From: Puniceicoccales bacterium
GTDB lineage: Bacteria; Verrucomicrobiota; Verrucomicrobiia; Opitutales; JAIRLG01
NCBI GenBank assembly: GCA_031288595.1
Contig: JAITRB010000016.1
Location: 3,271 to 67,270, forward strand
DNA: 64,000 nucleotides
Reading direction: 5' to 3'
The position numbers and the translations under genes were made by a program. Below the pieces are notes generated by a model, which was not told the DNA's origin, made no database searches, and saw only the letters and a list, made by a program, of their open reading frames with translations. This document shows, piece by piece, positions 43,110-52,335 of this stretch; position 1 is the stretch's first letter; the number at the start of each line of letters is the position of its first letter.

Positions 43110-44591
43110 TCAGGGACTCTTCCGTATTCTCTTCAGCTCAAAATGCCCGGCTAGGTCGATGGGTTGCCAGCCCAGGGCCTGGATCTGCTCCCGCAGGCGG
43201 TCTGCCTCGGCGAAATTTCCTTCTTCCCTGACCCTCTGGCGCTGTTCCGCCAACTCCAGAACCTCTTCTGGAGCAGCGATATCGATTGGCCCATCGGCCT
43301 CCGTCGCCGGCAGAGTGAGCCCAAGGGCTCCGAGGACGATGTCCTCGAGCCCGCGCAGGCCTGCGCGGGCCTCTGCCGGCGACAGGCGACCGAATGCCGG
43401 AGAGGCGATGATCGCGAAGATGCTCCCGAGGCAACGGGGAATATTGAGATCATCCCGCAGGGCCCGCCAGGCCTCGAAGAAGAGAGGGCTATTTCCCGAC
43501 TGAGGTTCAGATTTTGAAAAAGCATTTCCTCCGGCAAGTTTTTGGAGCTGCTCCTGAGCTCGGGCGAGCTTTTGCAGGGCCCTTTCGGCCATGGATAGGC
43601 TTTGGAAGCTGAAATTCAGCGGCTGGCGGTAATGGCCGGCGACGAGGGCGTAGCGGACGGCCATCGGGCTGTGTCCCTTGTCGAGAAGGTCTTGCAGCGT
43701 ATGGCAGTTGCCGAGACTTTTGGACATTTTCTGCCCATCGACCAGGAGATGGGCACAGTGGAACCAGTGCTTGGCGAAGCATTTTCCGGTCAGGGCCTCG
43801 GCCTGGGCGATTTCGTTCTCGTGGTGTGGGAAGCAAAGGTCGACCCCGCCTCCGTGGAGATCAAGGGTCTCGCCGAGATACTGCATAGCCATGACACTGC
43901 ACTCGATGTGCCAACCGGGCCGGCCAGGGCCCCAGAGGCTTTCCCAATAACAGTCTCCGTCCTCCTCCTTTCGGGCCTTCCAGAGCGCAAAGTCGTGGGC
44001 AGAGTCGCCGTTGTATTCATCGGCGTCATGAGGGCACTTGGCCCTGATGCTTGGCCTCAGGCCTTCCATCGGCAGGCGCGAGAGCCGGCCATAGGATGGG
44101 AAAGAGCTGAGGCGGTAGTAGATCGAGCCGTCGATGTCCGGATAGGCAAATCCAGCCTCGATGAGCCTCTGTATCCAGCGAATCTGTTCGTCGATATGTT
44201 CCGTCGCCCGAGGCTCCACATCCGGCGGCAGAATTCGGAGCTTCCGGCTGTCCTCCCGAAAGACCCGAATCCAGTGATCGGTGAATTCCCTCAAGGGGAT
44301 CCTCTGTTGCCGAGCCCCCCGAATCGTCTTGTCATCGACGTCGGTCAGGTTGCGCACCCAGTGGACGCGGTAACCGCTCTGTTCCAGCACACGGCGCAGT
44401 ACATCCTGCAGCAGGAAGCTGCGAAAATTGCCGATATGGGCCGCTGCATAGACCGTCGGTCCACAGCAGTAGACCCTCAAAAGCCCGTCCGCCGATGGCT
44501 TGAGAATTTCCTTTTGCCCACTGAGGGTATTGTGGAGCGAAACGGCTATCATCGTCCGTAATATGGAAAGGTTTTTGGCTTCCAAGGCCAC
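43110..44591 (-). CDS. cysS: Cysteine--tRNA ligase
   Basis: Has class I HIGH (CGPTVYAAAHIGN) and KMSKS (KMSKSLGN) motifs, zinc-binding Cys/His residues and a C-terminal DALR-like helical domain. Confidence 0.92.
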   Translation of the reverse strand: MALEAKNLSILRTMIAVSLHNTLSGQKEILKPSADGLLRVYCCGPTVYAAAHIGNFRSFLLQDVLRRVLEQSGYRVHWVRNLTDVDDKTIRGARQQRIPLREFTDHWIRVFREDSRKLRILPPDVEPRATEHIDEQIRWIQRLIEAGFAYPDIDGSIYYRLSSFPSYGRLSRLPMEGLRPSIRAKCPHDADEYNGDSAHDFALWKARKEEDGDCYWESLWGPGRPGWHIECSVMAMQYLGETLDLHGGGVDLCFPHHENEIAQAEALTGKCFAKHWFHCAHLLVDGQKMSKSLGNCHTLQDLLDKGHSPMAVRYALVAGHYRQPLNFSFQSLSMAERALQKLARAQEQLQKLAGGNAFSKSEPQSGNSPLFFEAWRALRDDLNIPRCLGSIFAIIASPAFGRLSPAEARAGLRGLEDIVLGALGLTLPATEADGPIDIAAPEEVLELAEQRQRVREEGNFAEADRLREQIQALGWQPIDLAGHFELKRIRKSP

Positions 44592-44716
44592 TCTTTATTC
44601 TACTCAGCGATCTTGATCCCCGCTGATTTCGAGGGATTGGCCTTGGTTTTGGGGACTTGGAAAACTGTCGTACTGTATTCCGTCTCAGAAATAGATAGAA
44701 GTTATTGTTTAGGCTT

Positions 44717-44822
44717 GTTTCCGCCTTTGGGCCCTAAAGGGCCCAGGCCCGCTGTGCGGGCCGCGGGAACTGGGAAAGAGAAAAATTCTTTTCTCTTTCC
44801 CAGTTCCCGCAAAGGCGGAAAC
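44717..44822. repeat. Cloverleaf-like intergenic palindromic element, copy 7
   Basis: Outer stem gtttccgcctttg / caaaggcggaaac. Hairpins: gggccc-taaa-gggccc; ggcccgc-tgt-gcgggcc; a 22-bp gcgggaactgggaaagagaaaa-attc-ttttctctttcccagttcccgc. Ends 55 nt downstream of the prs stop (minus strand). Confidence 0.85.
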
Positions 44823-44877
44823 CGGAGCTTCCGCTACCTGAGGGATCGAAGAATCGGGGCTTCCCTGAGCGAAGTTC

Positions 44878-45804
44878 TCAGACGAGAGAGCTTTTCTCGA
44901 GGGAGCGATTTTCGTGGAGACAGCGCATCGCATCGCCCAGAAGGGGGGCCAGGTCGAGAACGATGACGGGCAGGCCACCGTTTCCATCGGTCGGAATGGA
45001 GTTGCTCGTGAACAGCTCTTCCACACCGCTGTGGTACAGGTATTTCCGAGCGGCCTCGCTCAGGGAACTGTGCACGACGGCGGCTCGTACAGATGCGGCT
45101 CCCCGTTGACGCAGGTATTGGGCGGCTGCTCCCAGCGTCAGGCCGGTTTCGGCCATGTCATCGACGAGGAAGATCTCGCGATTTTCGATTTCTCCCAATG
45201 CGCCGATGATGGCGAGTTCCCCTCCCTCTCGGCGGTGCTTTCGGAGGAGGATGAGCGGACAGAGCAGGGCATCGGCCCAAAGAGCCGCCCGTTTCGCCCC
45301 ACCCAGGTCGGGGGAGGCGATGCTCAGGCAAGAACTCTTCTGTTTTTGAACTTGGGGAAGAAAGAGGGGTTTGGCGGACAGATGTTCGACTGGGAGGTCG
45401 AAAAAGCCCGTGAGCGGTGGCGTGTGGAGTTCTAGGGTCAGGAGGCGATGGATACCGGCAGTTGTGAGCAGATTGGCCACCAGTTTGGCCGTGATGGCAG
45501 TTGAATGCTGTCCTCTATGCTCCTGTCGGGCATAGGCGAAAAAGGGGATAACGGCTGTGATGCGGGCAGCGTCGGCCCGTCGGGCAGCATCGGCCAGCAT
45601 CAGTAGTTCCATGAGGTAATGGGAAGCCGGACGCCGCAGGGATTGAAGGAGAAAGACGTCGCGCCCCCGAAGGTTTTCCAGAATTTGTACCCGCGTCTCG
45701 CCATCGGGAAACTCGGAGAGCTCCACGGCGCCGAGGGCTTGCTGCAGGTGGGCGGCGACCTTTTCCGCCAGAGGCCGATGCGAACTCCCCGCCAGCAATT
45801 GCAT
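44878..45804 (-). CDS. prs: Ribose-phosphate pyrophosphokinase (PRPP synthetase)
   Basis: FPDGE..V.I.E..RG.DVFL.QS matches, as does the PRPP-binding loop (LVDDMAETGLTL). Length is 308 aa. Confidence 0.9.
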   Translation of the reverse strand: MQLLAGSSHRPLAEKVAAHLQQALGAVELSEFPDGETRVQILENLRGRDVFLLQSLRRPASHYLMELLMLADAARRADAARITAVIPFFAYARQEHRGQHSTAITAKLVANLLTTAGIHRLLTLELHTPPLTGFFDLPVEHLSAKPLFLPQVQKQKSSCLSIASPDLGGAKRAALWADALLCPLILLRKHRREGGELAIIGALGEIENREIFLVDDMAETGLTLGAAAQYLRQRGAASVRAAVVHSSLSEAARKYLYHSGVEELFTSNSIPTDGNGGLPVIVLDLAPLLGDAMRCLHENRSLEKSSLV

Positions 45805-45920
45805 CAGCCGGAGACTGGAATAGACCTCGGAAAGCGCAAGTGCAAAGCGGGAGAAGCCTCTTGACTCGGATAGATTTTCGGTCTTACTTCGGCCGAATTT
45901 GATTCGTAATTTACGACGAT

Positions 45921-46193
45921 ATGACTGAAAAAACGATAGAGCAGCGCGTTAAGGAGATCATCATTAACCAGCTCGGAGTCAGTGCGGAAAAGGTTATCCC
46001 GGAGGCTTCTTTTTTGGAGGACTTGGGTGCGGATTCTCTGGATACGGTGGAATTGGTGATGGCCTTCGAGGAGGAGTTCGCCAATGAGCTGGGCGGCGAG
46101 ATCCCAGAGGCTGAGGCAGAGGGATTGCGGACGGTCCAGGATGTAATTCATTACATTTCGGATAAACTCGGACAGAAGCAGGCCGTCGCCTGA
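45921..46193 (+). CDS. acpP: Acyl carrier protein
   Basis: Has the [19 protein letters not shown] phosphopantetheine attachment motif. It is 90 aa and sits directly upstream of fabF. Confidence 0.95.
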   Translation: MTEKTIEQRVKEIIINQLGVSAEKVIPEASFLEDLGADSLDTVELVMAFEEEFANELGGEIPEAEAEGLRTVQDVIHYISDKLGQKQAVA

Positions 46194-46197
46194 AACC

Positions 46198-47463
46198 GTG
46201 ACTTCCCTTTCGCCGGAGCAACGCGTAGTCGTGACGGGCATGGGCTTGGTCACACCGCTCGGCGACGAATTAGAACTGTTCTGGCAACGCCTCACGGCGG
46301 GCATATCGGGTATCGGGCGGATCACGCGCTTCGACACGACGCACTGCGAGTGTCAGGTGGGGGCGGAGGTGAAGGATTTCGATCCGGAGCGCTTCATGGA
46401 TCCCAAGGAGGCCAGAAGGAATGACCGCTTCGCCCAGTTCGCCGTTGCTGCGGCCAAAAAGGCCCTGAAGGACGCTTCCTTTTCTCCGCGGGGGCCAGAC
46501 GAGGCCGGACGCATGGGGGTTGTGATCGGTTCCGGCATCGGGGGCATGGAAACCCTCCAGCTCCAGACTGGAAAATTTCACCGGTCCGAGGTGCGCAAGG
46601 TCTCACCCTTCATGATACCTTCGCTCATCTGCAACATCGCCTCCGGTGTGGTGGCGATTGAGATCGGAGCCAGAGGACCTAACTTTTCCGTCGTGACCGC
46701 CTGCGCCGCCGGTTCGCATTCCATCGGCGAGGCCTCTCAGCTGCTGCGCCTGGGAAAAGCCGATGTCATGCTTGCCGGTGGGAGCGAGGCCCCGCTGACG
46801 GAGCTCAGCTTTGCCGGTTTCTGTGCCATGAAGGCCCTGAGCACCTCTTTCAACGAGGATCCGGCTCACGCCTGCCGTCCTTTCGATGCAAAGCGGGACG
46901 GTTTCGTGATGGGCGAGGGAGCCGGAATACTGGTGCTCGAAACCCTGACCCATGCCCAGTCCCGCGGGGCGAGAATCTATGCCGAACTCATCGCCTACGA
47001 GGCCTCCTGCGATGCCCACCACATCACCTCACCAGACCCCGAGGGCGAGGGCTTGTCCCTCTGCCTGCGCCGTCTCTTGCAGAGGGCCAAGTGTGCACCG
47101 GAAGAGGTGGACTATATCAATGCGCACGGGACGTCGACGCTCTACAATGACCGGAGCGAAACGCTGGCCATCAAGCGGGTCTTCGGCAAGGCCGCTTCAA
47201 ACATTCCCATCAGCTCGACCAAGAGCATGACCGGTCATCTGCTGGGTGCGGCCGGTGGCATCGAGGCCATAGCGACCATTCAGAGCATCGTCAAGGGCCT
47301 CATCCCCCCGACCATCAACTACGCATTTCCCGATCCAGATTGCGACCTCGACTACGTGCCGAATGTCGCCCTGCGCCGAGAGGTACGGACAGCCCTGAGC
47401 GAAAATCTGGCCTTTGGGGGGCATAATGCGGCACTGCTCTTCCGCCGCTTCGAGGATTCGTGA
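46198..47463 (+). CDS. fabF: 3-oxoacyl-ACP synthase II
   Basis: RVVVTGMG..TPLG matches. The active-site Cys is in VVTACAAGSHSIG, and the His-His motifs are NAHGTST and KSMTGHLLGAAG. Uses a GTG start. Confidence 0.92.
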   Translation: MTSLSPEQRVVVTGMGLVTPLGDELELFWQRLTAGISGIGRITRFDTTHCECQVGAEVKDFDPERFMDPKEARRNDRFAQFAVAAAKKALKDASFSPRGPDEAGRMGVVIGSGIGGMETLQLQTGKFHRSEVRKVSPFMIPSLICNIASGVVAIEIGARGPNFSVVTACAAGSHSIGEASQLLRLGKADVMLAGGSEAPLTELSFAGFCAMKALSTSFNEDPAHACRPFDAKRDGFVMGEGAGILVLETLTHAQSRGARIYAELIAYEASCDAHHITSPDPEGEGLSLCLRRLLQRAKCAPEEVDYINAHGTSTLYNDRSETLAIKRVFGKAASNIPISSTKSMTGHLLGAAGGIEAIATIQSIVKGLIPPTINYAFPDPDCDLDYVPNVALRREVRTALSENLAFGGHNAALLFRRFEDS

Positions 47464-47464
47464 G

Positions 47465-49366
47465 ATGAAGCTGGCCGAAGTCCTCACGCGAGGATTTCTC
47501 CCTACAGTAGGATTGATCCTGTCGCTTCTGCCGAGCAGAAGTATTTCCCTTCTCTCCGCATTTTTAGGACGGGTATTTTATTACTCATTTCCCCGTCGCC
47601 GCCGAACGCTCCTGTCTAACTTGGACCATGCCTTTCCCCAAAAATCCTGGGCTTGGAAACGGCGTATCGGCCGTACGAGCTGCGGGCGCATGGTCGAAAT
47701 GGCCTGCCTGGCCCTGATCTCGCCCTTTTTTTCCAAAAATCGCCTCCGGAAGAGCGCTTCCGTTTCCGAAGCGCTGCAGCAATGGATGCGCGAAACCCGC
47801 GAGCGGCCACGACCGATGTTGCTGTGGATTCCGCATCTGAGCATGCTGGAAGCGGCGACCTGGCTGCCGATTTTCGCCCCGGAGCTCGCTCGGGAACGGC
47901 GCATAGGAGTTCTGTTCCGCCCCTTGAAAAATCCATGGCTCGATGCCTGGCTCCGGCGCACGCGGGGACGCTTCGGCCTCGAACTGCTCTCTCGTAGAGA
48001 CGGCCTTCTTAAGGCGAAGGCCATCCTGCGGACGCAAGGGATTATCGCCTTTCTAGGCGACCAGAGTGCGGGAAAGAGCGGGATTTTGTCTCATTTCATG
48101 GAACGTCTGGCTTCCAGCAGTCCCCTGGCCGATTTGTTGGCCCCGTGCGGAGAGGGGATCGAGCTCTATGCCCTGTGGACGCGTCGCCTGGGCTTTGCCC
48201 AGGTGCGTTTCGAAATCGAGCGCCTGTCGAAGCCGGAGTCGGGCTCGTACTGGACACAGGTAGGCAATGACTGGCTGGGTCGGCTCCTGCGCTCCGATGA
48301 GAGCATCTGCGAAGATTGGCTCTGGGTGCACCGCCGCTGGCATACCCAGGACGAACCCCATGCCTTTCTGCACCTCGACCACAGGCGGGATCTGCTCCTC
48401 AGCGACCCGACGGTACGGGCGGAGCTCCTGCGTAGTCGGGCGACGAGGATCTGGGTTCGTCTGCCGAACTGGCTCGGGGATTTCGTCATGGCTGTTCCCC
48501 TGCTGAGGGAATTGCGGTCCATGCGTCCGGATGCGGCGATTACGCTGCTGGGGCAGGCCTCCTTGGCCCCACTGGTGTTGCGCTGGCAGCTGGCGGACCG
48601 GTTTCTAGCACTGCCCCGCAAAGGCTGGGGATATTTCCCAAAACTCCGTTCCCTGAGCAGGGAAATTCCCGATTTCTATATCCTGCTGACGCATTCTCTC
48701 CGAGGCGAACTGGAGGCAAAAGTTCTAGGTGCCCACGAGACCTTTGGCCTGCAGTTCCCCAAAAGAAGGAGGATTTTCCTCCGACATCCCTGGAAGGTGC
48801 CGGCGGATTTTCAGGATGGGCACCAGAGCCTTCTCTGGGAGCGCTTCTTTCGGTCGATGGGCATGCGAGAGAATATTTCCCGCGCTCCGCAGGAGGTCTG
48901 GATCAGGCCCGAGAGTGGTATAGTGGGCCTCGTCTGCGGCAGTGCGAACCTTCCGACGAAGCGCTGGCCGCTGGAACGATGGGGACAATTGGTTTTGAAA
49001 CTCCTATCTTCCGGTCATTGTGGGCAGGTGTTGCTGTTGGGTACGGCGCAGGATGCGGAAATTCTGTCCCGCTGCCGCGACTTTTCCGCTCCGGGAATCA
49101 CACACTTGGAGGGCAAGACGAATCTCATGGAGCTGGCCGATGCACTGGGCTCATGCTCAGTCGTGATCGGCAATGATACGGGCGCGATGCATCTGGCCAA
49201 TGCGCTGGGCATTCCCTGCGTCGTCCTCTATGGCCCTACCTCGCCTCAGCGGAATGGACTTTTTTTCGAAGGAATGCATCGGGAGCTTCGGCCCTCTGCG
49301 GGCCAGTCGATGGAGGGCATTTCGGTGGAGGCGGTTGCAGCGGCCGTTCTCCCGCTGCTCCCCTGA
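47465..49366 (+). CDS. Fusion protein: lipid A biosynthesis (LpxL/HtrB-like) acyltransferase + GT9 heptosyltransferase-like domain
   Basis: The N-terminal ~300 aa have an LpxL-like layout, with LLWIPHLSMLE in the position of the HxxxxE/D acyltransferase motif. The C-terminal ~320 aa are GT9: RIWVRLPNWLGDFVMAVPLLRELR, KRWPLERW, GKTNLMELADALGSCSVVIGNDTGAMHLANALG.P.VVLYGPT. I chose the start at ATG 47465, 2 nt after the fabF stop. Confidence 0.7.
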   Translation: MKLAEVLTRGFLPTVGLILSLLPSRSISLLSAFLGRVFYYSFPRRRRTLLSNLDHAFPQKSWAWKRRIGRTSCGRMVEMACLALISPFFSKNRLRKSASVSEALQQWMRETRERPRPMLLWIPHLSMLEAATWLPIFAPELARERRIGVLFRPLKNPWLDAWLRRTRGRFGLELLSRRDGLLKAKAILRTQGIIAFLGDQSAGKSGILSHFMERLASSSPLADLLAPCGEGIELYALWTRRLGFAQVRFEIERLSKPESGSYWTQVGNDWLGRLLRSDESICEDWLWVHRRWHTQDEPHAFLHLDHRRDLLLSDPTVRAELLRSRATRIWVRLPNWLGDFVMAVPLLRELRSMRPDAAITLLGQASLAPLVLRWQLADRFLALPRKGWGYFPKLRSLSREIPDFYILLTHSLRGELEAKVLGAHETFGLQFPKRRRIFLRHPWKVPADFQDGHQSLLWERFFRSMGMRENISRAPQEVWIRPESGIVGLVCGSANLPTKRWPLERWGQLVLKLLSSGHCGQVLLLGTAQDAEILSRCRDFSAPGITHLEGKTNLMELADALGSCSVVIGNDTGAMHLANALGIPCVVLYGPTSPQRNGLFFEGMHRELRPSAGQSMEGISVEAVAAAVLPLLP

Positions 49367-49412
49367 GGGAGTATCCCAATGGAGTGTTTTCTCCACAGCT
49401 TCGGTGAGCTCG

Positions 49413-49498
49413 TTCGCTGTCTTTGCAGCGCGCCCGCGGAGCGGGCGCGCTGGAGCCCGCTCCGCGGGCGATTCCTTTCGGAATCCAAAGACAGCGAA
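49413..49498. repeat. Cloverleaf-like intergenic palindromic element, copy 8
   Basis: Outer stem ttcgctgtctttg / caaagacagcgaa. Hairpins: agcgcgcccgc-gga-gcgggcgcgct; gcccgc-tcc-gcgggc; gattcc-tttc-ggaatc. Starts 47 nt downstream of the LpxL/GT9 stop. Confidence 0.85.
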
Positions 49499-49620
49499 GG
49501 AATACCCATTATGAAAGGGTTTTCCCATTTTCTGGTTTAAAGAACCCACGGGCCTATTCCTGAGGTATTGACCTTTGAGAAAAAATCTCTAAAATTCCCC
49601 AAAAGAATATACGGCGGGAT

Positions 49621-50121
49621 ATGTCATGCGATCAGATGGCGAATGTGATCAGCGCCTTCGGGCGTGAAATCGGGGTGGCGCTACAGGTGGATCCGACCGG
49701 TTACTGCTGCCTGTCGGCCAAGGGGAACCTGGAGATTCATCTGAAATTCAATCCTTATTTCGACGGCGTGATCTTCTATTCCGAGATCGGCGATATACCG
49801 GAAATAGCGAAAAAGGACGTCTTTCTCTTCTTCAATCACGAAAATGCCTCCCTCGAAGGGAGCGGTTTCACTTTTTCCTACAGCCAGGATTCCGGCCAGA
49901 TAGGGGTAGCCTTCCTCTTGCCGAGCCGCTTCATCGATCTGGAACACTTCAAAGCGCTGTTCGAGCATTTCGTCAAGCAGGTGGAATCCTGGAGCGAAAA
50001 AATGCTTCAGTTCGCTCGGGGAGAAATGCCGGAGCACAGCGGTGGTGGCTCTGCCGAAAAATCCGCAGAAATAGCCGCTCCGATAGGAGCTATGGATCCG
50101 AACTTCTTCATGCGCGTCTGA
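49621..50121 (+). CDS. Putative T3SS class I (effector) chaperone, CesT/SycE/Scc-like
   Basis: 166 aa and acidic. The layout is typical of the CesT/Tir-chaperone family: ISAFGREIGVALQVDPTGYCCLSAKGNLEIHLKFNPYFDGVIFYSEIGDIPE....VFLFFNHENASLEGSGFTFSYSQDSGQIGVAFLLPSRFIDLEHFKALFEHFVKQVESW. This is a motif-level resemblance only. Confidence 0.5.
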   Translation: MSCDQMANVISAFGREIGVALQVDPTGYCCLSAKGNLEIHLKFNPYFDGVIFYSEIGDIPEIAKKDVFLFFNHENASLEGSGFTFSYSQDSGQIGVAFLLPSRFIDLEHFKALFEHFVKQVESWSEKMLQFARGEMPEHSGGGSAEKSAEIAAPIGAMDPNFFMRV

Positions 50122-50242
50122 GCTTTGCCTCCCCCATATCATTCCTTCTCAGAAGCGCGTTTCTGTTCCTTAGGAACAGTCGAGAGCGGGGACAAAGGAA
50201 TGGACTTGCCGCTGCGCGTTTTGCCCTTCCCCTTAGAAGTCT

Positions 50243-52153
50243 ATGCCTTTCGGTCCTGCCAATTCCTATGGTCGCGAGAATCCCTACGACGTGATCGTCT
50301 GTGGCGCGGGACATGCCGGTTGTGAGGCGGGACTCATCGCGGCCCGAAGGGGGGCTAGAACCCTACTGCTGACGGGCAACAACGACACGATTGCCCAGAT
50401 GAGCTGCAATCCGGCCATCGGTGGCCAGGCCAAGGGACAAATCGTTCGCGAGATCGATGCGCTCGGCGGGGAAATGGCCATCAATGCAGATGCCACTGCA
50501 CTCCAATGGCGTCTGCTGAACCGTTCCAAGGGGCCGGCAGTGCAGTCGCCGCGCGCCCAGAGCGACAAAAGGGCCTACCAGTTCCGCTTGAAATGGGTAT
50601 TGGAAAACCAGGCGAATCTCTTCCTCCTGCAGGCTCTGGTGACGGAGCTCTTGTTGGAGGAAGGTCGAGCCGTAGGGGTCCGAACCCAGCTGGGCGTTGA
50701 CTTCTTTGCCGCTGCCATCATCCTGACGACGGGGAGTTTTCTGAATGGCGTTCTGCACATGGGATTGCGCCCTAGCCCTGGTGGACGCCTAGCAGATTTT
50801 TCCTCGACGGCACTGCCGCAGAGCCTGCAGGAAGCCGGTCTAGAACTGGGGCGCCTGAAGACCGGTACATCCGCACGCATTCTCGGCCCGAGCATCGATT
50901 TTTCCTCATGCGAGGAGGAGCGAGGAGATGAGGAGCCTGTCCTGTTCGGTTTCTACGACACGCGAGAGGAGGGCATTCCCATTCCCTCTTTTTCGAAGCA
51001 CTGGGGAGAATCCCCAACATCGCTCGGCAAGAACGAGCTCCTGGCCCGAAAGCAGCGCTCCTGTTGGGTGACGCGTACGCAGGCGGCGACGCGGGAACTG
51101 GTGCTATCCTCTCTGTCGCAGTCGGCACTGTATTCCGGCCAAATCACCGGAGCCGGGCCGCGCTACTGTCCCAGCATCGAGGACAAGTACGTGAAATTTC
51201 CCGATAAGGCAGAGCATCGGATAATTTTGGAACCGGAGGGAAACTCGACGGAGGAGTGGTACATCAATGGATTGTCGACTAGCCTGCCACTGGAGATCCA
51301 GTACGCGATGCTCCGGACGATTCCCGGGCTGGAACGAGCCCATATCCTGCGGCCGGGCTATGCGGTGGAGTACGACTACCTTCCCCCGACTCAACTCAAC
51401 CCTTCCTTGGAGTCCAAAGCTATTGCTGGCCTTTTCTGTGCCGGTCAGATCAACGGCAGTTCTGGCTACGAGGAAGCGGCGGGACAGGGATTGCTGGCGG
51501 GGATCAATGCCGTTGCCCTGCTGCGGGGAGAGGAAGCAGTCGTGCTGAAGCGCCATGAAGCCTACATCGGCGTCCTCATCGATGATCTCGTCACGAAGGG
51601 AACCGTCGAACCTTACCGGATGTTCACCGGTCGGGCGGAGTACCGCCTCCTGCTCAACCACTCCAGTGCGGAACTGCGATTGCTGGAGCATGCCCAGCGC
51701 TACGGACTCCTGCCGGAGCCGAGAATCCGGCGCATCGTCGCCAAGCAACGGGCCGTTCAGGAGAACGTGGAATGCCTGGAGTCCTCGCAGTGGCGAGAGG
51801 CTTACTCCTGGGCCGATGCGGTGCGGCAGAATGGCGAGTCCCTGTCGGAAATTCTGCCCATTCCCTTTCGGAATCTTGCCCCAGAAGTGCGGAAGGAGGT
51901 GCTCTATCGCCTCGCCTATGCGGGCTATCGGGAACGCGAGCTCCGGCAGGTCGAGAAAATGGGTGCGATGGAAGCGGTGCCGATTCCAGAAGGCATTGAT
52001 TACCAGGCGATGAAGGGCCTGCGGAACGAGAGCCGGCAGAAATTTTCTCAAATCCGGCCGGCCACCCTCGGCCAGGCCGCCCGCATCAGTGGGGTCGGTC
52101 CATCGGATGTGCAGCTCCTGTGGATCTATCTCGAGTCCCACCGCCGGAGCTGA
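50243..52153 (+). CDS. mnmG: tRNA uridine 5-carboxymethylaminomethyl modification enzyme MnmG (GidA)
   Basis: [18 protein letters not shown] motif, [33 protein letters not shown] and [21 protein letters not shown] are all MnmG hallmarks. Confidence 0.95.
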   Translation: MPFGPANSYGRENPYDVIVCGAGHAGCEAGLIAARRGARTLLLTGNNDTIAQMSCNPAIGGQAKGQIVREIDALGGEMAINADATALQWRLLNRSKGPAVQSPRAQSDKRAYQFRLKWVLENQANLFLLQALVTELLLEEGRAVGVRTQLGVDFFAAAIILTTGSFLNGVLHMGLRPSPGGRLADFSSTALPQSLQEAGLELGRLKTGTSARILGPSIDFSSCEEERGDEEPVLFGFYDTREEGIPIPSFSKHWGESPTSLGKNELLARKQRSCWVTRTQAATRELVLSSLSQSALYSGQITGAGPRYCPSIEDKYVKFPDKAEHRIILEPEGNSTEEWYINGLSTSLPLEIQYAMLRTIPGLERAHILRPGYAVEYDYLPPTQLNPSLESKAIAGLFCAGQINGSSGYEEAAGQGLLAGINAVALLRGEEAVVLKRHEAYIGVLIDDLVTKGTVEPYRMFTGRAEYRLLLNHSSAELRLLEHAQRYGLLPEPRIRRIVAKQRAVQENVECLESSQWREAYSWADAVRQNGESLSEILPIPFRNLAPEVRKEVLYRLAYAGYRERELRQVEKMGAMEAVPIPEGIDYQAMKGLRNESRQKFSQIRPATLGQAARISGVGPSDVQLLWIYLESHRRS

Positions 52154-52172
52154 GCTTAGTCATCTGTGTTGG

Positions 52173-52264
52173 TTTTGGCCGCTGGCTCCCCGCAGGGGAG
52201 CTCGTCGCTGCTGCGCAGCGGCGACGCTTTTCTTTCAAAGAAAAAAAAGCGGCAGCGGCCAAAA
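52173..52264. repeat. Cloverleaf-like intergenic palindromic element, copy 9
   Basis: Outer stem ttttggccgctg / cagcggccaaaa. Hairpins: gctcccc-gca-ggggagc; gtcgctgctg/cagcggcgac (one G-U); an imperfect A/T-rich hairpin cttttctt...agaaaaaaaag. Lies between the convergent mnmG and bamA stops. Confidence 0.75.
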
Positions 52265-52335
52265 CACCGGAGGATGACAGTCCCCTTTTTCCCTTTTACT
52301 AGCTCGAGAAGGGAATCCTCGAGGCTTCCGAAAGG

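Noticed and set aside
43602..44561. 319-aa plus-strand ORF antisense to cysS. Similar cases are 51104-52141 (345 aa) antisense to mnmG, 3489-4277 antisense to glyQS, 13327-14106 antisense to the M3 peptidase, and 56087-56986 and 57839-58633 antisense to hppA.
   Set aside because: Each is a mirror ORF of a confidently identified housekeeping gene in GC-rich DNA. None has recognisable domains.
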